From an uncultured virus (IMG/VR IMGVR_UViG_3300042273_000539) (Duplodnaviria; Heunggongvirae; Uroviricota; Caudoviricetes), in the IMG/VR virus record IMGVR_UViG_3300042273_000539: a DNA stretch of 64,000 nucleotides. One strand, given 5' to 3'. Shown here piece by piece: positions 39,606 through 48,566 of this stretch; positions within the stretch are counted from its first letter, which is position 1, and each line of letters starts with the position of its first letter. The notes beneath the pieces were generated by a model that worked only from the letters and a program-made list of their open reading frames with translations, made no database searches and had not been told where the DNA came from. Made by a program: the position numbers and the translations under genes.

Positions 39606-40949
39606 ATGGATAACAATCTTTTAGAGTTTTACATATTGCTTTATGCAACAAGAAACGAATCATTCCTAATAAAAATAGAACAATATCTCTTTACAGGCGA
39701 GAAAGGAAGAGTAAATACTTCTAAAAAGTATTTTACTGATATGAATTATCAAATCTTCTTTAATATTGTCTGTGTCATTAGGGATAAAATAAATAAACTT
39801 CCGTCTTTATCAGATTTGGAATTTATAATTTCTGGAAAATTTAAAGATGATATAGATAGAAAAACTTCTTTGTTGGATTTAGCTAGGGACGTTTATAAGA
39901 GTGATGAAGTAGTAGATTTCATGCTTATTGAAAAAGATGCAGAAAACTTCATTAAGGAAGTAAAGTTTCTTGAAGCATTTTCTTCATCTTCAAAAGATAT
40001 TCAGGGAAAAGATTATGAAGTCGCTATTGAAAAACTGCAAAAGGCGACGCAAATAAATTTTGATACAAACCTTGGAGTTGATTTAAAAAACTGGGACCAT
40101 ATTAAGAAGCTAGTTATTGATAAAAACTCTTCTGATAGCGTAATTCCTACCGGATATAATTTTCTTGATAAAGACAATATACTTGATGGTGGATTAAGAG
40201 GTGGAGAAATAGGGTGCGTAGCTGCTATTCCTGGAATAGGTAAGACGTTGTTTCTTGGTAATCTTGGAATAAATGCATTTCTTGATGAAAAAAATGTATT
40301 GATTATTTCTTTTGAAACTTCTGATATGCGTGTTACTACCCGATTGATGGCAAATCTTTTAAAGATGACTACAAGAGATATTACTACTAATATGGTTGCT
40401 GGTTCAGATGAAGATGTTAAACAAGCGTGGGAAGAAAATATTTTAAGTCAAAAAGGTAGAATTATTGTAAAAGAATTTCCTGCAAGAACTATAAGTGCAA
40501 ATGATATAATGTCCTATCTTATGGATTTAAAAAGATATTGGGATTTTGAACCAGATGAAATAATACTTGACTATTTACTTATTATGGCACCAAATAATAA
40601 AAGAGGCTATGACGATGCTAACTCATATCTTAAATTTAAAGCAGTTACAGAAGAAGTAAGAAACTTGGCAAAAATTCTTGACATACCTATTTGGACTGCT
40701 ACGCAGATTGGAAGGTCTGGGCAAGATGATAAAGGTGGCTCTAAAGAAATAACTACATCAAAAGATATGTCAGAGTCAAGAGGTATTTACGATACCGTAG
40801 ATTTTTTTGCTACGCTTAATCAGACACTTTTTCAAAAGAAAAATTTGAAGCTCAATATGTTTATAGATAAATGCAGAAACGGAGAATCTGGTGGAAAAGT
40901 AGATTTAAAAGTAGATTATAAAACTATGACAATAGTAGAGGATGTATAA
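39606..40949 (+). CDS. Replicative helicase (gp41/DnaB-like)
   Basis: PTGY..LD..GGL, AIPGIGKT, SFE, ILDYL, WTATQ, SES, KCRNG. Confidence 0.9.
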   Translation: MDNNLLEFYILLYATRNESFLIKIEQYLFTGEKGRVNTSKKYFTDMNYQIFFNIVCVIRDKINKLPSLSDLEFIISGKFKDDIDRKTSLLDLARDVYKSDEVVDFMLIEKDAENFIKEVKFLEAFSSSSKDIQGKDYEVAIEKLQKATQINFDTNLGVDLKNWDHIKKLVIDKNSSDSVIPTGYNFLDKDNILDGGLRGGEIGCVAAIPGIGKTLFLGNLGINAFLDEKNVLIISFETSDMRVTTRLMANLLKMTTRDITTNMVAGSDEDVKQAWEENILSQKGRIIVKEFPARTISANDIMSYLMDLKRYWDFEPDEIILDYLLIMAPNNKRGYDDANSYLKFKAVTEEVRNLAKILDIPIWTATQIGRSGQDDKGGSKEITTSKDMSESRGIYDTVDFFATLNQTLFQKKNLKLNMFIDKCRNGESGGKVDLKVDYKTMTIVEDV

Positions 40950-40958
40950 GGAGATAAA

Positions 40959-41441
40959 ATGAGAGATAATGAAGATTATAGTGGATTTGTAATATCGGGT
41001 AAGGACAAATTAACTTCCCTTAAGATTAAATTAACTAATGGCGCAAAAATGCCAGAATATAAAAATTATGGCGATGCCGGTGCTGATCTATACTCAATAG
41101 AGGACGTAATTATTCCTTCAATGGAAAGAAGAATAGTGAAAACAGGGCTGTATTTTGAAATACCTTATGGATATGAGGTTCAAATAAGAAGTAGGTCTGG
41201 ACTATCTGCTAAACATGGAGTATTTGTGTTAAACTCTCCTGGAACTATTGATTCAGGGTATCGTGGAGAAATAATGGTTATTCTTCAAAATTTAGGAAAA
41301 GAAGATTTTGTAGTTAACAAAGGAGATAGAATAGCCCAGATGGTAGTTTCTTCTGTTGCTTATATTCCTATAGTAGAAGTTGAAGAAGTATCTGATACAG
41401 AAAGAGGTTCTGGTGGTTTTGGTTCTACGGGAGTAAAGTAA
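40959..41441 (+). CDS. dut: dUTPase
   Basis: AGADL, RSGL, GTIDSGYRGE, DRIAQ, RGSGGFGSTG. Confidence 0.95.
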   Translation: MRDNEDYSGFVISGKDKLTSLKIKLTNGAKMPEYKNYGDAGADLYSIEDVIIPSMERRIVKTGLYFEIPYGYEVQIRSRSGLSAKHGVFVLNSPGTIDSGYRGEIMVILQNLGKEDFVVNKGDRIAQMVVSSVAYIPIVEVEEVSDTERGSGGFGSTGVK

Positions 41442-41899
41442 TGCCTATTAATGAAGGTTTATTTACGTCAAATAATGGAACCTGGGAAACCCCTCAAGAC
41501 TTCTTTGACAAGCTTAATGAAGAATTTCATTTCACAATAGACGTTTGTGCTACAAAAGAAACTGCAAAGTGTGATAAATTTTATACAAAAGAAGATGATG
41601 CTTTTTCAAAGGAATGGAAAGGTGTTTGCTGGATGAATCCTCCATATGGAAGAGAAATATATTCTTGGATGGAAAAGGCATATCATTCATTCTTACATGG
41701 AGCAACAGTTGTTTGTTTAGTTCCAGCAAGAACTGATACTAAATGGTGGCATGATTTTTGTATGTGGGGAGAAGTTAGGTTTGTAAAGGGTAGATTAAAA
41801 TTTGGAAACCAAAAAAATAGTGCTCCTTTTCCTAGCGCTGTTATAGTATATAGTGGAAGTATAAAAGCAAGAACAATGAAGAGTTATGAAAGAAATTAA
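41441..41899 (+). CDS. Phage N6-adenine DNA methyltransferase (Dam_phage-type)
   Basis: WETP, DVCA, MNPPY, LVPARTDTKWW, GRLKF. Confidence 0.88.
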   Translation: MPINEGLFTSNNGTWETPQDFFDKLNEEFHFTIDVCATKETAKCDKFYTKEDDAFSKEWKGVCWMNPPYGREIYSWMEKAYHSFLHGATVVCLVPARTDTKWWHDFCMWGEVRFVKGRLKFGNQKNSAPFPSAVIVYSGSIKARTMKSYERN

Positions 41900-41924
41900 A
41901 AGGGAGGTTTAGCCTCCCTTTTTT
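41898..41924. terminator. Bidirectional intrinsic terminator
   Basis: AAAGGGAGG-TTTAG-CCTCCCTTTTTT. Confidence 0.8.
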
Positions 41925-42463
41925 TATGCCCCACTAGTTGCTATAAAATTCCATACCAGTACAATAGTTATTGATATCTTATAGATCCAGTCTATCCACC
42001 ACATAAGATTTTTTTTCTTATCTCTTATTATGTCTGTAGATTTTCTTATATCACTTAAACCATTAAATATTAAAGATTTATCTTCTGCAGTTAGCATAAG
42101 ACTTTTGAATTCATCAAGTAATACTTCAATATTCTGTGTAGTTTTTTTAGTGTCTGATAACAAAAGAAGTAACGCATCTGGATTATTTTTGTCAATGAGT
42201 TTTTGTTCTAATCCTTCAAGTTTTTTAAGCATACACTGAAATTTTTCATCGTAGTCATTTAATTTTGTTTCAAATCCTTTCAGTAAGTGCTCTACATTAT
42301 TTACTTCTTTGTTTATTTCTTTTTTTTGTTCTGCGCTTTGAGCCATGGCTTCACGAAGAAGAGTTAGTTGAGTAACTATATCCTCTGTAAAATATTTTAA
42401 AGTGAGTTTTATTTCTTGTATATCTCGTAAAGCGTGGAAGTCTCCGTGCATCTGTTCGTCCAT
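41924..42463 (-). CDS. Coiled-coil protein with C-terminal membrane anchor (possible holin-like)
   Basis: Heptad-rich body; single C-terminal hydrophobic helix. Confidence 0.5.
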   Translation of the reverse strand: MDEQMHGDFHALRDIQEIKLTLKYFTEDIVTQLTLLREAMAQSAEQKKEINKEVNNVEHLLKGFETKLNDYDEKFQCMLKKLEGLEQKLIDKNNPDALLLLLSDTKKTTQNIEVLLDEFKSLMLTAEDKSLIFNGLSDIRKSTDIIRDKKKNLMWWIDWIYKISITIVLVWNFIATSGA

Positions 42464-42486
42464 ATTTTTGCCCCAATAGTATAGTA

Positions 42487-42927
42487 TTATAGTATAGATA
42501 TAAGCTGTTCGGCTCTTTTTTCAATTTCTCTTTCTGCTATTTTAGCTAAAAATAACCTAAACTCCACGGATGCCGAAACGATATATCCAGATAATACAAA
42601 GTTTTCCTTTTTTTCAAATATATCAAATACTTTAAAAAGAAAAATCTTATTATCTCCTAATTCCATTTTTAGAATTCTGTCTTGTATTTTTAAAGTTTCC
42701 TTTTCTTTGTTTTTTCCCCAAAATTCCATTGGGCTCCTAAAATTTTCAGGAAGGTTAAAGTCGTTTTCTACTATTTTCCCATCTTGAAATCTTACAGACC
42801 CATATTTAAAATTTAGAGAAGTTTTGTAGCCAGTTTCCCTTTTAAATTGTTTTACCAAATCTATGATGTCTGTGGTTTTGTCATGAAACATTTTCACATC
42901 ATCATAGAAATCTTTTGACTTGCCCAT
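42487..42927 (-). CDS. Hypothetical protein
   Basis: AGGGG RBS; AAAGATA upstream. Confidence 0.6.
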   Translation of the reverse strand: MGKSKDFYDDVKMFHDKTTDIIDLVKQFKRETGYKTSLNFKYGSVRFQDGKIVENDFNLPENFRSPMEFWGKNKEKETLKIQDRILKMELGDNKIFLFKVFDIFEKKENFVLSGYIVSASVEFRLFLAKIAEREIEKRAEQLISIL

Positions 42928-43041
42928 TTTTTACCCCTAACTATTTTTTTTACTCATTCTATCTTATCTTTCCATAGAAGTTATAACATATTTATGTATC
43001 TTAAATAGATAAGATAATACTATGGAAACGTGGAGGAAAAG

Positions 43042-45603
43042 ATGAAAGTATTAGATATACTTAATAAATTACACATGGAAGAAAATTTGCCTACTATTGA
43101 AAATACCAGCAAAAAAAAGAATGGAATTTTACTTCTTGATATAGATGATACGCTGTTGAAAGCTACTGGGATGTTTATTTATAGAAAATTGCCTACTGAT
43201 AAAAAAGAAGTAGCTCTTACGCCAGCTCAATACGCTGATGAACACACTACTCCAGAAAATAAAAAATATTATGACTATAGAGATTTTAGAAATTCTGAAA
43301 AAGTTTATAACAGCATTAAGAATGGAATTCCTTATATTAACAATCTTAAGGTTGTTGATAAATTTTTAAGAGGTGGTTTTAAATTAGGCATTCTTACTGC
43401 AAGAGGAATGGAAGGCGCTGTATATCGTGGAATAAAAGATTTCTTAAAGTACAGAGATAAAGATGGTAATTTACGTCCTGCTCGCATTTCCAGAAGTTTA
43501 GTTTTTGCAGTTAATGATGATTACAAGAAATATCCAGGCGCTACTGATTATGCTAAAAAAGCTAATGTAATAAATAAATTAAAAGAAAAATATGATTATG
43601 TATATTTTATGGATGATGATTTAAAGAATATTAAAGCAGTAAAAGCTATGAAAAATTCTTTACCTGAAAAAGATGCTAAAAAAATAAGAACTATTACAGC
43701 CACAAAACCAGAAAAAAATTTAGAAGAGGGGACTCTTTTGAATGAAATGGCTATGAAAGACTTGGAAGATAAAAATCTTATAGCTTTAATAGATCAAGAT
43801 AAATTGAAAGAGGCTGGGTATTATTATATTAATAAAGTTATTAAAGAAAATCCAGCCAGATACAAGGACTTATCTTGGCTTGAATCTACTCAAAAGATTT
43901 TAAGCTACGGAGTAGGAAAAACTGTAAAAACAGCTGTTAAAAAAGGCATGATAGATCAAGCCTTTGGCGATAAACTTATGAAGGCAGTTCAGTTAGCTGG
44001 AGCCGATGAACCTGAAACCGAAAAGGCAAAAAGAGAAGAAGATAAAAAAAATCTTGAATCTGAAAAAGAAGAAGAAAAAGCCAGGAAAATAGAGAAGGCT
44101 TCTCATAAATTTGCTACCTATGAAGCTGCTATTGAAAGAGTAGAAAAAGAAAAGAAAAGAATTGAGGACGTAAAAAGAAATTTTGTTATGAAGTTTCTTG
44201 AGAAAGGCATAGCAAAAAACTACAATAAAAAAGTTATAAATGCTATGGTTGAAGATTTCAAAAGCGATTTGGAATGGATAATGAATAAACTTATTCCAAA
44301 TTTTATAACTTCACAGCCACTTCCTCAAGAGGCTAAAACAAGAGTAAGAGAAGCTGCCGAAGGAGAACTTTTAAAAGAGAGAGCTGCAACAGCAAAAGAA
44401 TACCTTGAACTATATGCAAGGTTTTTATCCAGGGTAGTAGCTTCTTATCAACTTATAGCACATGATAAAGAATTATCGGACGAAGAAAAAGAAAATGAGT
44501 TAGCCACCGATAAACTTTTTAGAAGAGATTTTGACAAAGTTATAGATATTTTCAAAAACAGAGACAAGTCAATAGAAGCAAGAAAATTAGAGTTTAAGGC
44601 TTTAAAGGCAGCTAGTAAATCAGATGATGATAATAAAGCAGCTACCGATACTATGAAAGGATATCATGCTTCGTTGAGGGCGTTGGAGAAAGCTTACTCT
44701 TCTGGAACATTAAGAGAATTTGTAAAAAATAACTTTAATGATATAAGAAGGATGCTTCAAAACTCTTCTTATGCGGTTGATGCTAAACAAGTTGATTATA
44801 AAAAACCAGAGAACTTTGATGATAGACCTATTGAAGAAGAAGAGGGTTCTGAAAATAAGTTTGGACCCAAAGTTGCTGAAATAGCAAAACAAAGAGAAGA
44901 TGGTTCTTATTCTTATTCAGGGGTTGAAAGAGACAAGCCAGAGTTGAACTATTTGTATAAATATTATACAGAAGGTAAAGGAAATCCAGATAAAGTATTC
45001 AAGATTTTAGCTAATATTTATTTAGATTTTATTGATGGTATAAATACAGTAGTTTCTGCAAAGGGAAAAGGTCTTTTAAGAAGTAAGGGTGATGGAAAAG
45101 AAAAACTTAAAGAAATAACCCAGAAAAAAGAAACTGCCCAAAAAATGAAAAAAGGTGGAGTTGAAGATCTTTCAGTTCAGGAAGTAAAAGATGTTATTCA
45201 AGGAACCTTCTCAAAGATTACAGATGAAGAACTTAAAGATAGAGTTTCTTTAGCAGTAAAATCTCTTGATTTAAATAAAGAAGATTTTGAAGTAAGAAAA
45301 AAGTTAGTTGAAGCTTCAAAAAGAGGAGAAAGGGCGTTGTTTGATGCTCTTAAAGAAATCCCACAGGTTATTTCAAATATATCTGGCGATAACGCAAAAG
45401 AGCTTTTAAGTAAGATTATAGGAAGATTTTCTGCTGCGAAGAGATTTGAGCATAGGATTGCAATAGGTATTAATTTTAATGGTAATAGGTTTTCTCAAGA
45501 TGAGTTGAATCAGTTAGCGAAAGCAGCTTTTGAAGACCCTTCTAATGAAAAACTTACCCAGATGTTAAAAGACCCAAAGTTTGCTACAAGAAAAACAAAC
45601 TAA
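43042..45603 (+). CDS. HAD-family phosphatase fused to a large helical domain
   Basis: LLLDIDDTL, LTARG, K, FMDDDLKNI; GGAGG RBS before ATG 43042; internal TLLNEMA. Confidence 0.75.
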   Translation: MKVLDILNKLHMEENLPTIENTSKKKNGILLLDIDDTLLKATGMFIYRKLPTDKKEVALTPAQYADEHTTPENKKYYDYRDFRNSEKVYNSIKNGIPYINNLKVVDKFLRGGFKLGILTARGMEGAVYRGIKDFLKYRDKDGNLRPARISRSLVFAVNDDYKKYPGATDYAKKANVINKLKEKYDYVYFMDDDLKNIKAVKAMKNSLPEKDAKKIRTITATKPEKNLEEGTLLNEMAMKDLEDKNLIALIDQDKLKEAGYYYINKVIKENPARYKDLSWLESTQKILSYGVGKTVKTAVKKGMIDQAFGDKLMKAVQLAGADEPETEKAKREEDKKNLESEKEEEKARKIEKASHKFATYEAAIERVEKEKKRIEDVKRNFVMKFLEKGIAKNYNKKVINAMVEDFKSDLEWIMNKLIPNFITSQPLPQEAKTRVREAAEGELLKERAATAKEYLELYARFLSRVVASYQLIAHDKELSDEEKENELATDKLFRRDFDKVIDIFKNRDKSIEARKLEFKALKAASKSDDDNKAATDTMKGYHASLRALEKAYSSGTLREFVKNNFNDIRRMLQNSSYAVDAKQVDYKKPENFDDRPIEEEEGSENKFGPKVAEIAKQREDGSYSYSGVERDKPELNYLYKYYTEGKGNPDKVFKILANIYLDFIDGINTVVSAKGKGLLRSKGDGKEKLKEITQKKETAQKMKKGGVEDLSVQEVKDVIQGTFSKITDEELKDRVSLAVKSLDLNKEDFEVRKKLVEASKRGERALFDALKEIPQVISNISGDNAKELLSKIIGRFSAAKRFEHRIAIGINFNGNRFSQDELNQLAKAAFEDPSNEKLTQMLKDPKFATRKTN

Positions 45604-45617
45604 CACATATTTACTCC

Positions 45618-45647
45618 AAAGAGCCAGATATGAATCTGGCTCTTTTT
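45618..45647 (+). terminator. Intrinsic terminator
   Basis: AAAGAGCCAGAT...ATCTGGCTCTTTTT. Confidence 0.85.
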
Positions 45648-45675
45648 ATGCCTTATATAAATAAAGGAGTAATGT

Positions 45676-45894
45676 ATGTTTAAAAAGGTAAATGATATAA
45701 CTTATAGATTTAACGCTGGAAACAAGACGATTGGGGTAGATGTTCTGGATAATGGAGTTATTGAAATATATGATGAAGAGGATCCAGTTCATACAGGGTT
45801 TATTTTAGATGGAATGAAGCAGTTTATAGCTCTTATTAACAATATGGCAGATATAGCTGACTTTTTAACAGAGGAACAAGAAAATGAAATTTAA
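45676..45894 (+). CDS. Hypothetical protein
   Basis: AGGAG RBS; CTTATATA upstream. Confidence 0.6.
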   Translation: MFKKVNDITYRFNAGNKTIGVDVLDNGVIEIYDEEDPVHTGFILDGMKQFIALINNMADIADFLTEEQENEI

Positions 45895-46393
45895 AGAAGT
45901 ATTTGGCTCTTTCTTAAATGAAGACAAATCTCAAAAAGACAAGAAAATATTTTATAATATTGATATTAATGTAGCTGGAGATGGAACCAGGTTTAAGGCA
46001 AAAGGAGAAGGGATAACGCTAGTCCCTCAACAGGATGCTATGAGACTTATGACTGTTGAAGATATCATTACTTATTTAGTAAATGAAGAGGCAAGAGCAA
46101 TCATTAAATCACAAGATGGAATTTCTGGAAAAGATTTGTTAAAAGAGATGATTGTTGCTTTTATGGATGATGAAGTTGATGTGTCGCAGTATGCCTCAAG
46201 AACTGATAAAGTTTTATTTTCTTTTGATTATGGGAACGATGTGGATGATAGTGCTGGGGTTTTAGTGAATAAGATAGAAAACTCATCAAGTTTTAGTGTA
46301 GTTATGAGATATAACGGGCAAGTTCAAAATGCTAAATTTAATAAAGACACTATGAATAAACAGATAAGGTTTTTTAGTAGAGGTGAAGCTTAA
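45884..46393 (+). CDS. Hypothetical protein with FLNE propeptide-like N-terminus
   Basis: MKFKEVFGSFLNED. Confidence 0.65.
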   Translation: MKFKEVFGSFLNEDKSQKDKKIFYNIDINVAGDGTRFKAKGEGITLVPQQDAMRLMTVEDIITYLVNEEARAIIKSQDGISGKDLLKEMIVAFMDDEVDVSQYASRTDKVLFSFDYGNDVDDSAGVLVNKIENSSSFSVVMRYNGQVQNAKFNKDTMNKQIRFFSRGEA

Positions 46394-46395
46394 AT

Positions 46396-47124
46396 ATGGC
46401 AAGTGATAACTATTTTGATGAAGAATATGTCAAAAAAATGATATATGAATATCAGAGAAAAGCCATAACTATCCCGAATGAGAAAGGTAAGCCAGTAGTT
46501 CAGAATACTGATTATGAATTTAAATTGTTAGAAGAAAAAATAACAATTGAAGTTTTGAAACTGGTTAAAGCTATAATTTATATTTATAGTTATCACAGGT
46601 TTGAGCCTTTTGATGATTTATTACAAGCAGGAATGCTTGCTTGTTTTCCTAACTATTTAAAGTTTGACGAAAGGAATGGTTCTGCTTTTAACTTCTTTTC
46701 TCTTATAGCTAAAAGAAGTTTGCTTAATTATACTACAAGAAAAAAGAAACATAGGGAAGTTCAAGATATATCTGAAAAGGTTAATCTTCGTTCTCCTAAA
46801 TATATTGATAGTTTAGATTTTTTTATAGATGATATGGAAAGAACTATTACTAATATAGTAGATGAAAATTTTCTTGGAAAGAAAAGAAAAAAGTTTCTTA
46901 TTATTGTAGCTATTATAGCAGATTACTTAAAGAAAAACAAAAAGTATATAGGTAAAAGTGATTTATATAAATTTGCGGGTGGATATGGATTACGTTCTCT
47001 TGATATGAGAGAGTTTATAAATGAAATGAAAAAATTCTATCCAGAAATAACTAATCTTTTAGAACAAGATGAAGACCCAGATTATGGAATGGAAAATTTA
47101 GAAGAAACTACCGGACAAACATAA
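46396..47124 (+). CDS. gp55-like (late) sigma factor
   Basis: NYFDE, DDLLQAGMLACF..YLKFD..GSAFNFFSLIAKRSLL sigma region 2. Confidence 0.75.
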   Translation: MASDNYFDEEYVKKMIYEYQRKAITIPNEKGKPVVQNTDYEFKLLEEKITIEVLKLVKAIIYIYSYHRFEPFDDLLQAGMLACFPNYLKFDERNGSAFNFFSLIAKRSLLNYTTRKKKHREVQDISEKVNLRSPKYIDSLDFFIDDMERTITNIVDENFLGKKRKKFLIIVAIIADYLKKNKKYIGKSDLYKFAGGYGLRSLDMREFINEMKKFYPEITNLLEQDEDPDYGMENLEETTGQT

Positions 47125-47133
47125 GAGGTATAT

Positions 47134-47574
47134 ATGGATGAGTTGGACGAAATTTTAAGTGAGTTAGATGAAGACGAAGAAGTGGTTGAAGAGAAATCAG
47201 TACAAACTGTTTCTAATCAGTTGCCTACACAAATACCTTTTAACGGAATGATGGTTGATGTAGAAGACGATAATGCTCTTACTACTATGATACTTACTTC
47301 TGCACTTGAAGACAAGAAAAAAGCAGACGATCTTTTTGACATTTTTGAGGCAAATGTAGCTATGTCAAAAGACAGAAGTGACAGTTCAAAAGAAGCTTTA
47401 ACAAAAGCAGTAGAGATACGAGTTCAAGCAACTACTAATTTAGTTAAAATTTTGGATGTAAAAAGTAAATCAAAACAAAATACAGGAAATAATTTTATAA
47501 ACTTTCAAGTATCCCCTAAAAAGGCTGGCATTGATATTAAAAATGTAAAAGATAATTTAGAGGAATTTGAATAA
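47134..47574 (+). CDS. Hypothetical helical protein (possible terminase small subunit)
   Basis: Size, helical pattern and position upstream of the terminase only. Confidence 0.35.
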   Translation: MDELDEILSELDEDEEVVEEKSVQTVSNQLPTQIPFNGMMVDVEDDNALTTMILTSALEDKKKADDLFDIFEANVAMSKDRSDSSKEALTKAVEIRVQATTNLVKILDVKSKSKQNTGNNFINFQVSPKKAGIDIKNVKDNLEEFE

Positions 47575-48455
47575 TGAAAGCAGATGATTTTGTAAAAAGA
47601 ATTTTAGGGATACAAGAAAGTATTTTAGACACTCCACAAAAAGAAAAAAGCCCTGATGTATTTTCAGAAGATGGCAAAGTTAGGAAAGAGTTAAAAGAAC
47701 AAATCTATGCTATTTTAAGAAATTGGAAAAAGCAAATAAATTTCAAATTTGATATAGAAGAAATTATGCTTAAAGGAAGCTTGCTAGGATTTCAATATAC
47801 TGATGAAAGTGATTTAGATGTATCTGTATATACTTCAATGACTGAACAGCAAGTAGAAAAAATAAAAGATATAACTCCTTCTGGTAATAAGGTTAAAATT
47901 AACGGAGAAGATAGTTTACATAATATAGATTTTTATTTTTTGCCAAAAGAGCATAAAACTCTAGTAAAAAATATGGATAATATTTATGATTTAGCTAATG
48001 ATAAATGGGAGAAGCAAACAGAATCTTATACTATGCAAATACCATATTCTTATGGGCTTCAAGTATCATCTTTTTTTATGAATGGAGCAGATTTAGCAGT
48101 GTCTCAATTCTTTAGAGATAAAAGAGAATTTGAGATCTATAAAAACCTTGATCCAGAAACACAAGATGTATCAGAAGAAGAAAAGAAAACTGCTATAAGT
48201 AGAAAAATTATGGATTTGAGAGCTGACGTAGATCAAATAAGAATGATTTCCCATCTTATTTCTGCTTTTAGACATGAAGGATATGAAGGGGAACCCTTTG
48301 AAATTTCTTTAAACATAAAAGGCAAAGACAAGGAAAATCCTCATCAAAGTTTGAATGAGGTAGTTTCTAAAATTTTAGAAAGGCATGGATATAGGCAAAG
48401 ACTAAAAGAACTTGCCGATGAAGGCGAGAAGTTCTTGAAAGAGAACGAAGAATAA
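47574..48455 (+). CDS. Pol-beta superfamily nucleotidyltransferase
   Basis: LKGSLLGFQYTDESDLDV (hGS..DxD), third acid in IDFY, IYDL..DKW. Confidence 0.8.
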   Translation: MKADDFVKRILGIQESILDTPQKEKSPDVFSEDGKVRKELKEQIYAILRNWKKQINFKFDIEEIMLKGSLLGFQYTDESDLDVSVYTSMTEQQVEKIKDITPSGNKVKINGEDSLHNIDFYFLPKEHKTLVKNMDNIYDLANDKWEKQTESYTMQIPYSYGLQVSSFFMNGADLAVSQFFRDKREFEIYKNLDPETQDVSEEEKKTAISRKIMDLRADVDQIRMISHLISAFRHEGYEGEPFEISLNIKGKDKENPHQSLNEVVSKILERHGYRQRLKELADEGEKFLKENEE

Positions 48456-48477
48456 AGCGGGTTTATCCCGCTTTTTT
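48454..48477 (+). terminator. Intrinsic terminator
   Basis: AAGCGGG-TTTAT-CCCGCTTTTTTT. Confidence 0.8.
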
Positions 48478-48566
48478 TGTATCCTTAATCCGTATATATA
48501 TTATATTATGCCTTTAACCTCTTTATAAGAGAAAGATAACAAAGAGTAGAATTTTGGAGAAGATAA

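Noticed and set aside
45656..45663. T4-type TATAAATA late promoter
   Set aside because: Only one intergenic instance noticed, it overlaps a CTTATATA site, and it is absent upstream of the structural genes.
47574..48455. CBASS or MNT-HEPN system
   Set aside because: No effector, Cap2/Cap3 or HEPN gene is adjacent.
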